This document shows, in pieces, positions 28,461 through 40,700 of a stretch of DNA of 64,000 bases. A program made the translations under genes and the position numbers. Each line of letters begins with the position of its first letter. Within the stretch, counting starts at the first letter, position 1. Source of the DNA: Zygnema circumcarinatum SAG 698-1b (taxonomy: Eukaryota; Plantae; Zygnematophyceae); contig CM074806.1 of assembly GCA_037447605.1 (NCBI GenBank), positions 3,410,001 through 3,474,000 of the forward strand. Direction: 5' to 3'. The notes under the pieces were generated by a model that saw only the letters and a list, made by a program, of their open reading frames with translations, made no database searches and was not told the DNA's origin.

Positions 28461-29744
28461 TGCTCCGACTCTCGCTCACTCTCCTTCCTACGTCGCTCTG
28501 TCTATCTCTTTCTTTCCCTCCCTCTCCCTCTAACTCTCCCTCCCTATTTCTCTCTCTCTCTTCCTCCCTCTTTCTCTCTCTCTCTCCCTCCCTCGCTCTC
28601 TCTCTCACTTGCAGCAGCAGCAGCAGCAGTCGAGCGCGGTGCCGTTCCCCTCCGCGCCGGCGCCTTTGTGCGCCCCCGCGCAGCTGTCCCTTTTGTCCGT
28701 TTGCGGAGCCGCCGCTGGCGAACAGTTACGGCGCCACGTGGAGTTACGCCAGTGGCGCTTCGCCTCCACGTGGCACGTTCGCACTTGCGGCGACGCAGCA
28801 GGGGCGGCTCCGCCCGCCCTTTGTCGTTTTGCGCCTCGTTCCGCTGCGCGCTGTTTGGCCGCTAGCTGTGGGCGCGGCCGTCCGTACTATACTAGGCGCG
28901 GACGCGAGAACTGTAACAGTAACGACACGGAACGGCTGGCTCGCCAACATTATGTATTTTGGAAAATGGTGTTTACACATCTTTTTGGGCTAGATACACA
29001 CCCTATTTTGCCGGTCGATTTTTATTTTGGGCTGTTTTGGTAGTGGGGTTTCTTTTTATTAAAGGTGTGTTTCTCGACAAAAGCTGTGTAAATCGTAATT
29101 CCCTAATTTTATGAACTAGTACGGTGTTCATGAATGCGGTACGTTCGATACGCTGCCGATATCCTATTTAGATATCGTATCGGACGGTGAGGAGAGGCCA
29201 CGCCCCGCGGAGCATGTGACCTGTCTGGCGGCGCAGCACGGCGACCGCGCATGTGCCGCGCGCGCTGTCGCAGTCCACGCTAGCTGAAGCAGGAACATGG
29301 AGACAGAGGGCAGCAGGCTTCGGATAGCAGGAGCGGCCTTGGCCATGGCGGCAGGCGTGCACATTCTGCCAGCTGGCGCCGTGAGGCGCTTCGGCAGTGC
29401 CGCGGCCCATGCTCCTTCCTCCGCCCGCCGTCCTCTGGTCGCCGGCCGCAGCAAGCCGCAGGCTTTCTCTGCCGCCATTTGCCGCCTCCTCCTTCATCAG
29501 GAAAGGCCGCTCAACTGGCTTCCCTTCTCGTGACAGGTGTCAGCAGGAGAGACATTTTCCCCCTACTGTGAAGTATTTGTCAGCCATCCTTCATCCTACA
29601 GTGCGTTTGCAGCCAGCAAGTCGACATTTCCACAGTGGCAGTGCCGTTGTTTGGAAAAGGAGTTCCTCACATTCCTCCGCAGTTCCTTTTGTCCGCCTAA
29701 CTGACCCTGAAAGACTTGCAAAAAGTGAAATTTCTGGCGCCCTG

Positions 29745-32700
29745 ATGGCTGCCAAGGCTCCATCTATCACCGAGAACGAAGCGGTGCAGGAGGCGTGTGC
29801 CCTTGTTTCAGAGCTCTGTCGGCAGTTTTACACCCTTGGATGGGTGACCGGAACAGGCGGCAGCATCACGACGAAAGTGATCGATGAAAGCAAGAGTAAT
29901 GGAGAGCGCTTGATCGTGATGTCGCCCTCAGGTGATTGTCGTTTGCTTACTTAAAGCAACAGTAAAGTTGGCGAGTCGGAATATTTATCTTCAATCTTGG
30001 GCCCACAATACATAGCTCATTAATGATGCATTTACTTTCGGGCAGATTCCTGCATTGTTTTTTAAGCTGCAAGTTTGAACTAGGGAACTTTAACGAGGGC
30101 AAACTATGGTACATGTCAATGCCTTCTGTGCCAGCTCACCCCTACGCGAGAATGTATAAAATGGAAAGAATCCTAGTTATTTATTCGGACAGTATCGAGT
30201 ATCCGCTAGACTTCACAAAATGCAGCCCAATCATAGATCGGAGTTTTCAAGCATTGAATAGCATTGTCAAAGGTCTCACTAACTTGTTTCTATTCATTCA
30301 GCACATAGTTGCAATGTTGTTGAAAAAAAAATATAGGACAAAAGACTGGGGAATCATCCAGTTTAAGCTAGTTTGAAGAATATTAAAGGACCACTCCCAC
30401 AGTTTAGATCCACTTGTTGCACCGCTAGGATGTTTGAATTTTAAGAGACCACTCCATTTTTAAAAGATGGTTGAATTAGAGTTGATCAGCCGTATGTACT
30501 GCGTTTTTATTTTTGATCTCGCCCGCGGCGAGAGTGAAGGGGAAAACTGGGAAGACTTAACTGAATCGTGTAAGAGTGCTGCATTTGTGACTTGCCAGGT
30601 GTTCAAAAGGAAAGGATGCTTCCTGAAGACATGTATGTGATGGACCCTTCTGGAAGCATCCTATCGAGTCCGAAGCCTAAGCCATCACCACATAAGCCTC
30701 CCAAATGCAGTGAATGTGGTCCTCTTTTTCTTAAGGTGAGCGCTTTCTAAAGAACCTTGAGGGAATGCAAACAGACTAGAAGAACCTAGCACCAATGCAC
30801 CAATCGAACCACTTGAGTAAAAAAAAGTTTGTGGGATAATAAGTTTTAACATATCGGATGTATGTTTCTCCTTTACCATTTTGCGTAGGCCTATCATATG
30901 CGCAATGCGGGAGCGGTTATCCACAGCCATGGCATGGAAGCTTGTCTGGCCACGATGATTGAACCCGGCGCTAAGGAGTTTCGAGTGAGTTACATTCAGA
31001 ATCATTTAATGAATTCCAGTTTTTTTTTTTCATTTTCATCAGCAACATGTGCTTAACGCGTCTTTTTGTCTCGTTGTATTTGGACAGATTACACACATGG
31101 AGATGATCAAGGGGATCACAGGCCATGGTTACTACGATGAACTTGTTGTGCCCATCATTGAAAACACCGCTCGAGAATATGAGCTTACAGAGTCTCTCGC
31201 AGAAGCGGTACAAAGCCTTACCTTTGCCGCTGTGAGGATAATCTTTCGGTTGTGGAGTGTTCACTGAGGAAACATTCTATTGTGGTGACTGTGCACAGAT
31301 TGCGGCGTATCCAAAAGCGACAGCTGTTCTTGTACGAAATCATGGGATTTATGTCTGGGGTGACAACTGGATTCAAGCCAAGACGCAGGTAGGGGGCCAA
31401 CAACTTCAGACATCTCGAAGGAAGATCCAAGATTCTTCACCTTTTTTGGGTTTTTTTCTGTCCTTCACGTACACTGAATTGGTGAAGTAACCTTGAATAC
31501 TGTATTCCTCTGCCATGTTGTCAGGCTGAGTGCTATCACTATCTATTTGATGCGGCTATCCGCCTGCACCAAATGGGGCTTGACCCAGCTGACCCTCTTC
31601 ACGGTCCCGTAAGGAAGAGCACCAATGTTGTTGCACCACATAGTGTGCAAACCAATGGAGTGTCGCCACATGGCATGAAAAGAAGGAAACCAGAAGCAGG
31701 CACAAATGACTCATATCCGGTACGCCACCGCTACAGCTGATTTCCGGGTTTTTTTTTCTTTGAGTGTAGGCTCTGTGATAGAGAGATGTTCTTAATCGAA
31801 TATTTAATTCGTGTAGCTATCTGTCAAGTATCTAACCGTTCTCGTCTTTCGTGGGTTGGATGTTGTTCTCTCCAGCCCTTCATTCTATTGGATATTGAGG
31901 GCACCACAACGCCTATTTCATTCGTGTCAGACGTTCTTTTTCCATATGCTAAATCCCACGTTGGGGAGTTTCTCCGAGCAACATTCGACTCTGTGGAGAC
32001 GAGGGAGGATATCAAAGCACTACGCCAGCAGGTAGCCCAAAGATGTCCGCTACTTCTCCTTAAGCTGATGTCTGCTACGTGTCTTGGACTATCTTATCTA
32101 CATTCCATGCTGCAAGTGCCCATGTCAATCTCTAGAAGCATTGATGTATGCGGACTGAATAGGGGGGAATTCCATATATAAATTTCAACAGGGTATTGGG
32201 GCTGTGGGAGGGTTCTGTAGGTTGAGTCCGACCTTGCTGCAGGTGTTCCCGGGGCAGTTCCTATTCCACCAGACGAATCTGGAAGAGATTTGGTGATAGC
32301 AGCCTTGGAGGAGAATGTTGCGGCAATGATTGCAGCAGATCGGAAAGTTGGAGCTTTGAAACAATTACAAGTGTGTTGGTCGACCTGTGCTTTCCGTGAG
32401 ACAGAAAAGCAAGCTATGATTTGTCCGCTGTTCTGGTGATCGTGGCGGCGCCTGTCAAGTGGTTTTAGGGGAGGAGAGGGAGTGGTTAAACCTAATTTTG
32501 ACAATTTATTTGGTTGAAATGGCATCCAGGGCCATATTTGGAGGGTAGGCTATTCGAATGGGGAGCTGAAAGGAAGATTTTTTGACGACGTGCCAAAAGC
32601 CTTAGACCAATGGTTTGCAGCCGACAGCAAGGTGAGGTTTTGAGAATTGCGATTGGCACACAGACTCATCTGCCAGCAGAAAGGTTTGTGGTTGATGTGG

Positions 32701-33590
32701 TTGGTTGGTTACTGTACGGATTGGGTGCTTCAGAAATTTCAATATCCATTTCTCCATCAACTGCGTCAGGGACAAGTTTCTCTGAATTAAAAGAGGGTTT
32801 CAAGGGGCTGAACTTTATCTCTAGAACTTGTTTTTTTGTGGTACAAACTTGACGATGGAGACCCAACTGACCGATGGAAAACATTTTGGCCCTCACCTTC
32901 TCACTCTATCTCTCCGTCCCTTTCTCTCTCTCTCTCTTTCTCTCTCTCTTCTTTTCAACAGATTTACATCTATTCAAGTGGAAGTCGCGAGGCCCAACGA
33001 CTCATTTTTGGATACACCGATTTCGGAGATTTAAGAAAGTATTTGTCGGGCTTTTTTGACACTACCACTGGGTATAGATCTCAGCCCAATGCTCATTGCG
33101 CCATTTTGTTGTGCGGAAAGCTTTGCGTACTGATCTGGGCCAAACCTCACTGTGTGATTAATCCAAATGACGATTCACGCACTTGTGGATGTGTAGGCCA
33201 AAAAGGGAAGTTAAGAGCTACTCCGAAATTGCACTTTCGCTGGGAGTTGATGATCCCTCCTCGATAACTTTTGCAACTGATATCTTGGAAGAAGCAGAAG
33301 CTGCAAAAGCAGCAGGTAAGCGTTGATACATGTTCCCCCTTTTTTTCTTTTTGAAGCGACTAAAACCGGCATGGGAACCACGAATGTCTCGTTTTGAGCC
33401 GTGATGGACTGTAGTTTGACTCCCTCCTGCTTTCGTTCAACCTTTGCTCTCCTTTTTTTCTGCTCTTTTCTGATACGATGCTGTTTGAGGCTGTGCAGGT
33501 TTTGAAGCTGTTCTCCTCTCCCGACCCGGCAACAAGCCACTGCCCTCCAGCCATGGCTTTCGGGTGCTCTCGTCCCTTATGGAATTATGA
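29745..33590 (+). CDS. DEP1: Bifunctional methylthioribulose-1-phosphate dehydratase / enolase-phosphatase E1 (Met salvage). Exons 29745-29931, 30599-30735, 30889-30984, 31088-31207, 31299-31388, 31525-31719, 31876-32031, 32221-32370, 32530-32631, 32962-33071, 33197-33315, 33499-33590
   Basis: [63 protein letters not shown] (HAD motif I), [24 protein letters not shown]; phases are consistent. Confidence 0.95.
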
Positions 33591-34293
33591 GCATCAGGTT
33601 TTGTATTTTTTAGAGAGGCAGGACTACCAACCGAGTGATTAGCTATCAATGGCCCATTTTTGATCGACCACTATTAGGGCTGAGTTTGGTACTCCGTACT
33701 CTGGTTTGAACCACAAAAAAGGTTGATCTCCACTACTCCTTGTCTCAAACTGTGATTTTTGAAGCAGTGTGCGGTGGTTGAATACTCCGTCTATTTTGTA
33801 ACGATCGATTTATGCTTCTCATCAACTTTTACTGGACTGCTCATAATGCTCTGAATTGCCTCATTGCTACGTCAAGAATAAAACGTTCCCAGGATGCAAC
33901 AACTTCACAAGGATAGGATGGGGCGTCATGGAAGCTCCTTCTGCGAAATTGACTCACGTACGCACTGCTCTCATAGGCACTTAGGCGAAATGGTTTCGAC
34001 AACTCCATGCTTTGGAACAAAACTGGTAAAAACCCTAAAAGCCAGCGTAAAAGGACGAACTTTGGAGACCCGAGTTTTCGTGCAGTCCGAGCTATCGCTG
34101 CGAGCCTTCTTGGTCAAAGTTATAACCAATAATGACCGACGGACTTGACTGGCTGACTAACCATGGCTAAACCAAAAACCAAACCAAACTGAACCTCGTT
34201 TTGGCTTCGGGAGGGCAAGGCCGCAGGGTTTCTATGCCGGTCTGTTCAACAGCCAGTTCAGTCCAGCTCAGTTCAGTTCAGCGCAGTTCTCCT

Positions 34294-34357
34294 CACATGT
34301 GTCAGGAAGCCACGTGTCGCATCCTGAGAGCGCTTGACTTTGGTGCTGCCACGTGGC
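34294..34357. promoter_or_regulatory. Paired G-box/ABRE elements ~250-290 bp upstream of the SSL start
   Basis: GCCACGTGTC at 34309 and GCCACGTGGC at 34348. Confidence 0.55.
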
Positions 34358-34600
34358 AAATGGAATCTTCCTTCAGGACCCCCGAGGACCTCGATAAAGT
34401 CAAGAGCGGCTCCCGCTTTTGGGCCCATGCTGAAGCTCTGAGGAGGCGTGGGGGAAGGCGAGCTTCTTCAGAAGGGCGCTGAAGGTGAGGGCGAGGAAGT
34501 AAGGATCTATTAAGGCAGAGAGTGATCTTGTGCAGAGATAGTGTGGTCGGGCTCACTTTGTTTCCTCCCCTCTTGCCGCTGCTCCGCCGCTTTACTCAGG

Positions 34601-36956
34601 ATGCGGCGGAGAAATGTAGGCAGCGGTGGAAGGGAGGAGGAGGAGGAGGGCTTAAAAAGAGCCTCCGAGGGGGCCGACGGCAGAGAAGAGGAAGCGGAGG
34701 ATGTGCAGGAGGAAACAGAGGATGAGGCCGAAGGCACGCCCAGCACTCAACTCGATGGCATCAAAAAGGAGGAGCCATACGACATTTCAAGTGATCCTTA
34801 CTTCGCGCGTTACTTCTCTCAGACACCGACCGAGGTCACCTTCAGCAAAGTGCGGCCTTCCTTGTACATTCTTCTGCTTGGAGTGAGCTTAGCGCTTCTA
34901 GTGTCGCCTATATTGTCGCCCATCCATTCCGCGCCATACCATCCGCAGCAAATCCCTCTGCGCGAGGGGATATTTGAGCCCAATGACGAACTTTTAAACG
35001 CGCGTAAGCTCGCAATAGGTCAGCTTCCCGGATGTGAAGATTTTGTTATGACTCCCGATAATTTATCCTTTCTGTGCGGCTCTAAAGATGGATGGATTCG
35101 ACGAATGTGGATGAATGAAACTGTGGAGAAGTACTTGTGGATTGGAAGCCAAGTGTTGGGTCTCGAGTGGGCGGCTAACGGAGACCTAATAGTGTGCGCC
35201 ACAAGTAAGGTAAGCCATTTGTAACGTTTAAAGTATAGTTGTAAATCCGTGATTAAGCCTTTGATTGAGATTTACCAAGATGAAAAGGTTAGTTTGAGCT
35301 GAAGTTACAGCGATAATGCAACATTTGGGCTTACATTGTGCACTGGCACCTGTCGCATTTCTTGGAGTGCACTGTGCATGGCCTTTTGGACTGTTTAGGG
35401 AAGTGAATCAAACTGCTGCCATCGACGTATGCTCGTTAAATTTCAAGCGATTGTGAGCGTTTGACAGAATGGGTGTTCCCCGTACTGTTATTGAATGCAT
35501 CCTTTCAGGAAAGACTGAGCTACTAGTTTTCTTCGTTGGTCTATTTTTTATACGAGAACACTGCTTGACTTTAACAACTATCTTGCGCCCCTCTTGATTA
35601 ACCTTACTGACGCTGTGCAGTGGACATTATTGCTTTATATTGTTCAGATTATAATGGAAACTCTTTTCTTTTGCAATGTCAGGGTCTTCTGTCCGTGACT
35701 AACGACAAGAAGATAACAGTATTGGCAACTGGATCAAAATTTCGACCTTTCAAGTATGCACATTCTTATCGACCAATGCCGGAATTCATGGTTTTGCAAG
35801 GGATTGCAAGGATTTAAGGAAGAAAAGTTGAAAATCCAACGTTTAAGGCCTGAAATTGCTGAATTAGAGAGGTCAAACAACAAATACTATTTTATAATAT
35901 TGTATCAGATGGCAATTCTAACGCTTTCCTTTGAATAGTGAATGTGATTCTTTCTATATAATTTGTGGCCCTCAGTCGCTTTGCGGCTCTGCACTTGCTC
36001 GTATATGCAGGATAGTGGACAATGTCGCTGCTGCGAGTAGTGGGCGGATCTTCTTTTCCGACGCTTCTGAAAAGTTTCCCGTGGAGAAGTACTATCTCGA
36101 GGGCCTGGAAATGGGTCTTAACGGACGCCTTCTGGTTTACGATCCTAAATTTAAACTCACTGACATAGTAATCGAGAGCCTCGCTTTTGCAAATGGTGTT
36201 GCACTCTCTAAAGACGAGGATTTTGTCCTTGTAGCAGATACATATCGGTGAGTCGAGCCATGCCCCTTTCTATATGCATCGGGTGTTTGTCATGTTATTG
36301 TTGGGTGGTTTGACAGGCCTTTTTTTAAATATTCAGGCTGATTACGTGACTTTTTGACTCCCGTTCTCTTGCAGAACTCGTATTATCCGCTACTGGTTAA
36401 ACGGGACGAAAACTGGTACTGCAGATGTCTTTCTGGATAACCTTCCCGGATACCCCGATAACGTGAATTCAAACGAAGACGGAACATTTTGGATTGCCCT
36501 AGCAAGTGTAAGTCAGCCTTGCTCAAGCTTTGCATTCTGTCCTGGAGCACTGCTTTTAGCCCAATTTGTGGCAAGATCCTGAGAGATTGTTGGTATGATG
36601 TCTAGATGGAGACTTATTCCATTCTTCCACATTTCAGCACATATGCTGAGAACACGACCAGTGGCCCTCCTGTTGATTTTCAAATGATGCAGAGGAGGAG
36701 CGAGACTTTGGACTTCTTTCAACCGCTTCCGCTAGTAAAGACGGCGCTGTCTAAGTTTCCAGCGTGGACGTGGATGGGGTTTGCCGAGACGGGGGGATGG
36801 CTCTTAAAGGTGAGCCAAGAGGGGGAGGTGATCGAAAGCCTGGAAGACTCCAAGGGGAAGATTTTCCGCTTCCTGACCAGCGCCAGGGAGTACGGCGGCA
36901 CTCTTTACTTCAGCAGCTGGCAGGGAGACTACATTGGAGCTCTCAAGCTCTCGTGA
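34601..36956 (+). CDS. Strictosidine synthase-like / APMAP-hemomucin-like type II membrane beta-propeller protein. Exons 34601-35209, 35683-35753, 36011-36247, 36375-36507, 36693-36956
   Basis: Acidic N-terminus, TM segment LYILLLGVSLALLVSP, GCED, IFFSDAS, GRLLVYDP, LAFANGVALS, FLDNLPGYPDNV, FWIAL. Confidence 0.92.
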
Positions 36957-37784
36957 GCATTTAGGATTTAGTGTTAGGATTTAGGGCTTTAGCAAAAGGT
37001 ATTGTTCAGGGTCAGAGCTCTAGGGCTCTCGTGATGCTGCTACCTTGAGCCATGTAATGATGACCCCTGCGGGGTTCCCTAATGCCGTACTGGTCATGTT
37101 TGCAACAGAGAGAGAACTTCAATTTTTAAGGGTTTTCTGTCAATGAGATGGGCACGTAAATCTTGTCGGAACGAGATCATTTTTTTTTGTAAATGAGCGG
37201 AGTTGACTTCAAATTTCTTGCGGTGCAGTGCCTCTTGTGTTGGGACATTAAAAAAAACATCTGCTGGGCGAAATAAAAGGGAAAAGATTAAGAGAAACCA
37301 TTTCCATGGAACACTACAAAAGGAATTACATTAACGACCTTTTCCCTGTACATGTTACCGGAAGGTCTCTACCAAAAACAGTACCTGTGAACCTGCCCCA
37401 CCTTTCTAAGCAGATCCTATGACCTAGCCACCTGCCATGGTGAGCATTATTCCTATTTCTACTACACGTTTCCTGCAACAATCCTGCGCCCCCCTCCCCT
37501 CCCCCCCCCTCACACACCAATCTTTTCCCTAAGAAAATCGCTGGCCGGGCAGGGTGCCCTCCGCCGAGAGTAATCGCCGCCGATTACGTCTGACATCTTG
37601 GAGATATCGAGTTAAATAAATTGCAAACCCTCCGTGATTGTTTTTCCATAAATTAGGCACTAGAACCCCACTCCTGTTGGGCCTTCCACTTACGAGATGT
37701 AAGGCTGCAGCTTTGGTTCCTCCGCATTCTGATTTCTATCGAGACCTGTCCAAGTTGAGCCTCTTCCAAGGGCAAAGACGGCAC

Positions 37785-40700
37785 TCAACATTCAGACCTG
37801 CATGTTTCCTCTAAGATTGTTTGTTTGGCTACATCTGGAACATCTTCCTTGGGATCTTCTGCCTCGCCATTGCCTGCTGGTGGTTGGACTGCCACATCCT
37901 CGCCAGATAGGACTGCCGGTTTCTCCTCACAATCTGCCTGCGCGGTTTTTGGAGGACTATTCATTGCCTCCGAAAAAGCATCGATAAGCTGCTCAGCCAA
38001 GCTCGGCAAGTCCTCTCCCAGCGCTTCAATGAAAACAGTGACGGTACTTTTCTGCTCCGCGGAAGCGTGTACAGTCAGCCAAGAGACCAGCTTTACTTGG
38101 ATTTCCTTGGTCATGTGTCCCTCCTGCATCAGCTGTCGAATCATGCGGATGTTCTTGATCTGCTGTGCCTGCTATTGCCCCCCAACGGAAAATCCGTCAG
38201 ACATATCAATGAGTAGCTGGTCTACTCCTAATGGTAAAGGCCAATTTGCGACAGTCTTTCATAATGTAAAGTCGGTTTAGTTCAGCATTCGGTTTGGTCC
38301 CAGTTCTGGGTCGACTTTGATTGAGTTCGGTTATACATAAAGTCAGTTGGGCAGGGTTGGGTTCATTTCAATCTGATCCACTCAACTCTGTATCGTTTCA
38401 CTTCGGTCAGTTCAATTCGGAAACGTTTGTTTCCCCACAGCTACAGCTCTGTACTGTTGTGTGCAAGACTCACCTTAGAAGCACCAGCAGCATCCATTGA
38501 CGCAGTAAGACTTTCGTCAGGCACTCCTTCTCTTGCACTTGCTTCAGCTCCAGTCTGCGCCCACTGGCAAAGCTGCCATTAGGTCTAGAAACAACGCATC
38601 ATCCTTCCACTGCATTTCCTGCTGCCGTCAGCCCTGCACGCGCAGGATGAATGCCAGCTTCCAGCAGCTCCCATCCATTGAGCTCGAAGGACAATCAAAT
38701 GATTAATCTTTACACAGCAAGCAAGCTTGAAAATGACAGTGTGCAGGTCCTGGATGTTCTATACTTGCAGGCCTCATTGATCCAAACGAATAGACAAATA
38801 AACAAATCTAGTTGAAGAGCCGGGACCAATCCTTTGCCTTCTATCACGTCCAGCGGCAAACCTAAAGCACTGACAGCCGGAGAATTGTAGAGAGTTTCGT
38901 GTTTAGGCTACCGTAGAAGTCACATTTGTTAGCCGAACAACTCACATATACTGAAAAGAATGCTATGACACAACAATGTGCCACGACTTACGTCAACAAT
39001 AGGACCAGAAAATGGTCAGAAATGCAGGAGTTGATAAATACAAAGTATTAATGATCATCTGAATGCCAGTACAAGCTTCCACGAATACACGATAACTGTA
39101 TTTTGGATATTGCACCCGCCAAACAAGCAGGATCACCAGAATAATTGACTTCATGGTTTCCTGATCTCAAGACGAGCACTAATCAACAAAAAGACAAAGA
39201 AGTCGATCAACTCCAAGGATCGAAAGGCGATGTCAACCTTGAGCACTTTCCAGTCCAATCCATCCCTCCAAACTTTGTAACGCAGAACTCAAACCTACTG
39301 AACAAGGGGATTTTCTCAAGTGTTTTCTGAAAGTACGAACAATGCTATCTTCCGTGCAACCATGTCATCCTCGTTAAACTTGACCTGACTAACCCTGTCG
39401 ACCAGCAAAGTGGAATCGGCCATACCTGGTGCTCAGTCTCAGGTGTGACCCGTGCATCTCCATCACCTGCGCTCATGGAACTGTCGGCGGCATTCGCAGT
39501 AAGGTCGGTGCCAACAAGCTGAGACGCTGAAGACACTCCACTGGGGGCTGTAAGCTGAGTAGGCCTTTTTCGTCTCGGTCTTTGTGCTGCAAAAACAATA
39601 TGTTGCACACACGAAGAAAATTCATGGTCAAGAGGAGGAACAGAAGTGTGAGATGATGGAAGAGTGTAAAGATTAGGCATGCTTCCCCGGGAATTCGCAC
39701 GAGCTGAAGCAAAAAACCTTCAACACACTCCTGAAAAAAAAGGGAAAACTCGGGTGGCAACATTGATTGACAAAAACACCAAGACTCATAATCTCATGAT
39801 CTCCTGTTGGAATGCCATATATCAATAGCTGTCATGAACATGTGAGTGTAAACCTTCAAGCACAGAGACGAAGTTTCAAAGTGAAGAAAAATAACACAAA
39901 CCTGACACAGCTGTCTCACATCTGGCCTCTTCCGTTGCAGTTCCCTCCACTCCGGCTGCTGTGACTGCCGCCACTTTAAAGACGTAGACAGTGCCAGGTT
40001 CAAGTCCCGTCACTGTCACAGCAGTCATATAGGGAGGCGTGCACGGCGGAGGCCCATATGTACTATCGCCTACCTTCTTATGCCATACCTTGTAGCCTGT
40101 GATCGCCCCAACACCTCTTCCACTGAACCCATGCGGTGCCTGGTCCCATCATCCATCCATCCATCCAGGCCATAGGTATCATATTCTACGAAAAATACAA
40201 CTATTATTAAGAAGAAGGGAAGTCAAGGCATCTCTGCTTTATGAAACAATGGCAAAAACTGAACAAGGATACGAGGATCTAAATTCAAAGAATAGAGCAG
40301 TATAAGAGCTACCAACAACTCATATGTTGCTCCTTAGAATGAACAATCTTGCCATTCCCCTTATCTGAGTATTCAAACGCGAGGTAACGAAGGTCGCTTA
40401 CTGTCCATTTTACAACAACTGAAGTCGGCCGAATGTCAGCAAATTGCAGCTCTGTTGGTGGAGATAAAGACTGATCAGAATCGTTCGTCTTCACCAACAT
40501 GCCATCATTTTCTCGAGCAGATCCTGTGAAATTGAAAAAGAGAATGATCAAGAATGATCATCACTGAAATTCCTAGAAGTCAAGAAGCACGTAGTTTATC
40601 TCTGCAAGCAAATTCCACCTTGTCAGCTCATAAGAAGATACCCTTTCCAAAGATACACCTAGGCTCAACATTTCATTGCCCAGAGTAAACAGTAAGATAG

